In this document: positions 61,061 to 64,000 of the stretch, in pieces
Layout of the letters: the number at the start of each line of letters is the position of its first letter
Position numbering within the stretch: the stretch's first letter is position 1
NCBI GenBank assembly: GCA_965198065.1
Contig: CBDAON010000004.1
Location: 2,368,001 to 2,432,000 of the forward strand
From: Longimicrobiales bacterium
GTDB lineage: Bacteria; Gemmatimonadota; Gemmatimonadetes; Longimicrobiales; Gaopeijiaceae
Reading direction: 5' to 3'
DNA: 64,000 nt
Position numbers and translations under genes: made by a program
The notes under the pieces: model-generated
What the model saw: only the letters and a program-made list of their open reading frames with translations
Database searches by the model: none
Told to the model about the DNA's origin: nothing

Positions 61061-62094
61061 TGCGCCCGCCGCTCCTGGCGGGCACCTGGGCCCTCACCGG
61101 ACAACAGCCCGGCCGGGGACCGATCTATGGCACGGTGGTGATCGAGGCGGGAGGGTCGGCGGACGAATTCACGACCCGTGCGATTTACGCGGCTCCGGCG
61201 ACCGGAGCTAGGGTGGCGCGCGAGGGCAGCTCCATCGTCTACACGGGATATCAGTGGCGTGGGCGGAGCCTCCAGGGCGGTGACGAGGAGCAGGCGCTCC
61301 GCGAGGTGATGCTCGTCGAGCGGGACTGGCAAACCATGTCGGGGCGCTGGTTCACGGGCGCCTACGACGAGCTCGGCCCCGACGTGACCCTCCACCGGGT
61401 GGGAGCGGAGCCGATGGTGACGGGCATCTATCCCGCGGCCGTCCGGACGGGGGGAACGCCCGCCATCCGTGTCTACGGAGCGAACCTCCCCCAGCAGGTC
61501 ACGCCGTCCGAGCTCGACTTCGGTCCTGGAGTCCAGGTGAGTCGGGTGGTGAGCGCGGCGGATGACGTGCTCGAGCTCGTGGTGAACGTCGAGGCGGGCG
61601 CCGCCGAGGGCACCAGAGATCTGTTCCTCGGCGGGGTCTCGCTCCGCGACGCGGTGGTCGTGTACAACGACGTGGACCGCATCGAGGTCCGGCCCGAATG
61701 GGGGATGGCCCGGGTGGGCGGGGCCAACATCCCGAAAGCCTACCAGCAGTTCGACGCAGTGGCCTTCAACGACGGGCCCGACGGCGAGGCCGGGACAGAG
61801 GATGACCTGAACCTCGGGATCGTGGACGCGAGCTGGGGGCTCGAGGAGTATTCGGCCACCTTCCAGGACGACGACATTCGGTTCGTGGGCGCTATCGGCC
61901 AGGACGGGCTCTTCACGCCGGCGCTGGACGGACCCAACCCCGCCCGCAGCGGAAATCGCAACAACATAGGCGACGTCTGGGTGGTGGTCTCGTTCACGCC
62001 GCCGGGCACGTCCGAGGTCTTCCGGGCGAGGGCCCACCTGCTCGTGACGGTCCCCAACTACCTGCGCTGGGCGCCGTGGGGCGAGGGCCCATGA
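61061..62094 (+). pseudogene. qhpA: Quinohemoprotein amine dehydrogenase alpha subunit, C-terminal domains only (no dihaem cytochrome c domain)
   Basis: LAGTW..G, G.SIVYTGYQWRG, GRWFTG..DE.G, MARVGG, QFDAVAF..GPDG..GT.DD, DD..F.G.I..DG.F.P...GPNP.R...NN.G.VWV, HLLVTVP; no CxxCH; upstream of the qhpD-type rSAM. Confidence 0.8.
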
Positions 62095-63587
62095 CCCCTC
62101 AGGCGGGTCTCTCGGCGAACGGGCATTCTGTGCACGCGAACGGCGGCGGCAAGCTCGCCCTGTGCGAGTTCCATCACTTCGAGGCCTCGGGGGAGCACTT
62201 CCTCTACCTCGTGCCCAGCGCCGGCGTGTTTCGAATCGATGAGGTCGGCTACGCGGTCCTGGAGACGATCGAGGAGGAACGACGCGCGCCCCGCGAAGTG
62301 ATGAGCGCCCTCGACGGAAGGTTCCGTCCCGAGGACGTGGCGAGCACCCTGGGTGAGCTCGTGGCGGCGCGGGCGATTCGCGAGGTGGACCGGCGGGAGG
62401 AGAGCATGCTTCCCGTGCTTCCGCCGCCCGACTTTCCGCTCACGACGATGGTGCTGAACGTCACAAACAAGTGCAACCTCGCCTGTACGTATTGCTACGA
62501 GTACGGGGAAGACCGGATCGTTCCCGAGAGCGGCAAGCCGCGCTTCATGAGCGAGGAGACCGCGCGCGAGAGCGTCGAGTTCATGCTCCGCGAGTCGGGG
62601 CAGAACCGGGTGGCCCACCTCACGTTCTTCGGCGGAGAGACGCTTCTCAACTTCAACGTTCTGGAGAAGACCCTCGAGTATGCGCGCCGGCGAGGCGAGG
62701 AGCTGGGGAAGGAGATCGAGTTCAGCCTCACGACCAACGCGACTCTCCTCCGGCCTGAGATCATCGAGTGGCTCGCCGAGAACCGCGTCGGCGTGACGAT
62801 CTCTATCGATGGCCCAAAAGACTCGCAGGACGAATTCCGCGTCTTCAAGAACGGGATGGGGAGCTACGAGGTCATCCTTCCCAAGATCCGGGAGCTGCTC
62901 CGGAAGCATAAGACGCGCCCGATCGGTGCGAGGGTCACCCTCACCAAGCAGAACCTGAACGTTATGAGGATCTTCCGGCACTTAACTGAGGAGATCGGCT
63001 TCTGGGAGGTGGGCTTTGCCCCAGTGACGACGTCTTCGGCCCGTGACTTCGCGATCGAGGACGAGGGGTTCGTCGGGATGCTCGAGCAGTTCGACGAGCT
63101 GGCCTACGAGTGGCTGGAGCACGCGGTGGAGGGCCGCCACCACGGTTTCTCCAACATCAAGGACACGCTCGAAGAGATCCACAAGGGCGTGAGCAAGGCG
63201 TTCCCGTGCGGTGCCGGGCTCGGCCTCATGGGTGTGGCAACGGACGGTGAGGTGGCGCTCTGCCACCGGTTCGCGGGATCGGAGGAGCACAAGATCGGAA
63301 CCGTCGCCGGAGGGATTGATCGGGAGCGGCAGTTCGCCTTCCTCAAGCAGCATCACATCGCGAGCAAGACGGACTGCCACACGTGCTGGGCGCGGCCGCT
63401 CTGCGCGGGCGGGTGTTATCACGAGGCCCATACCCGTTACGGCTCGACCGGTGTGCCGAACCTCCACTACTGCGAGTGGATTCGGTCATGGACGGACACG
63501 TGCCTCAAGGTGTACGGCGAGCTCTCTGTCAGGAACCCCGATTTCCTGCGGCTGTTCGATACGGAGGGGCGGGAGGCCGTGGCCTGA
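62091..63587 (+). CDS. qhpD: Radical SAM/SPASM QHNDH maturation protein (thioether-forming)
   Basis: CNLACTYC, FFGGE, TTNATLL, ISIDG, PCGAG.G, LCHRF, CHTCWARPLCAGGCYHE, HYCEW; lies between qhpA and qhpC (peaB is a synonym). Confidence 0.9.
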   Translation: MTPQAGLSANGHSVHANGGGKLALCEFHHFEASGEHFLYLVPSAGVFRIDEVGYAVLETIEEERRAPREVMSALDGRFRPEDVASTLGELVAARAIREVDRREESMLPVLPPPDFPLTTMVLNVTNKCNLACTYCYEYGEDRIVPESGKPRFMSEETARESVEFMLRESGQNRVAHLTFFGGETLLNFNVLEKTLEYARRRGEELGKEIEFSLTTNATLLRPEIIEWLAENRVGVTISIDGPKDSQDEFRVFKNGMGSYEVILPKIRELLRKHKTRPIGARVTLTKQNLNVMRIFRHLTEEIGFWEVGFAPVTTSSARDFAIEDEGFVGMLEQFDELAYEWLEHAVEGRHHGFSNIKDTLEEIHKGVSKAFPCGAGLGLMGVATDGEVALCHRFAGSEEHKIGTVAGGIDRERQFAFLKQHHIASKTDCHTCWARPLCAGGCYHEAHTRYGSTGVPNLHYCEWIRSWTDTCLKVYGELSVRNPDFLRLFDTEGREAVA

Positions 63588-63678
63588 GGCGCCACGGAGA
63601 ATCGTTGGACCGGGAGGGGATTCGCTGGAATCGCGGCGGAAGCACAGAGCGAACTTTGGATGAAGAGGAGCGGACCGC

Positions 63679-63919
63679 GTGAAACATCTGGAGCCGATCA
63701 ACCGAAAGGCGGGGCGGATCGAGGCCCACATCGAGGGTGCGCGTTCGCCCGGAGCCGTTCCCTACGCCGAGGCCGGCCCGGGTGTCGAGACGCGCGCGGC
63801 CGGCGGGTCGGGCGCGGACGCCACCGGATCGGCGACCGGGGATGGGCAGGACATGGTGGCACTCCAGGACGGCGGCGGAGTGCACATTCCGCTCGGATGC
63901 TCGTTGGTTTTTTCGCCGG
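63679..63919 (+). pseudogene. qhpC: QHNDH gamma subunit precursor, truncated at a junction
   Basis: Not in the ORF track; GAGGAG RBS and GTG, MKHLEPINRKA...QDMVALQ...IPLGCSLVFSP resembles the QhpC leader and first-Cys motif; expected GWE and later Cys/Trp core absent. Confidence 0.75.
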
Positions 63920-64000
63920 AGTCTCCAGGTCGAAGGTCCAGAACTCGTAGCGCCCGATGCTGGACGAGAGCCCGTACCCTTTCCTCCCGCCCGGCGCCAG
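63919..64000 (-). pseudogene. Inverted fragment of a beta-propeller protein, possibly QHNDH beta subunit
   Basis: Minus strand reads LAPGGRKGYGLSSSIGRYEFWTFDLET, a propeller blade-like sequence entering from the window end. Confidence 0.4.

Noticed and set aside
62091..63919. Novel RiPP cluster (radical SAM/SPASM plus small peptide)
   Set aside because: Context and motifs match QHNDH maturation (QhpD/QhpC)

Overview
High-GC bacterial chromosomal window. The gene content resembles Gemmatimonadota, but that is inference and no search was run. It carries about 50 tightly packed genes: two DUF5916-type outer-membrane proteins, copC-copD, a short Rho, tesA/ybbA/ybbP, a c-di-GMP cluster (HEAT protein, HD-GYP, TM-GGDEF-REC-HD-GYP), prfC, a TonB-dependent receptor, argCBDH, aroF, fbaB-rpiA-rpe running straight into an Hpt/RR/hybrid-kinase phosphorelay, pdxH, trmH, a PQQ sugar dehydrogenase, an Ala/Gly symporter, acyl-CoA genes, a Tat-exported double-VOC protein, NHL/PAL-like paralogs and a quinohemoprotein amine dehydrogenase (qhpA-qhpD-qhpC) locus. 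The best finding is an apparently complete classical transcription attenuator upstream of aroF. It has a probably leaderless 48-aa leader peptide with a mixed Tyr/Phe/Trp cluster (YFAYFGFWPRF), mutually exclusive 1:2, 2:3 and 3:4 helices and a U10 terminator. The sequence is visibly damaged, with many frameshifts, a few in-frame stops, several larger deletions and one apparent inversion junction. These are more likely assembly or amplification artefacts than real decay, so pseudogene calls are provisional. No rRNA, tRNA, CRISPR array or mobile element was seen.
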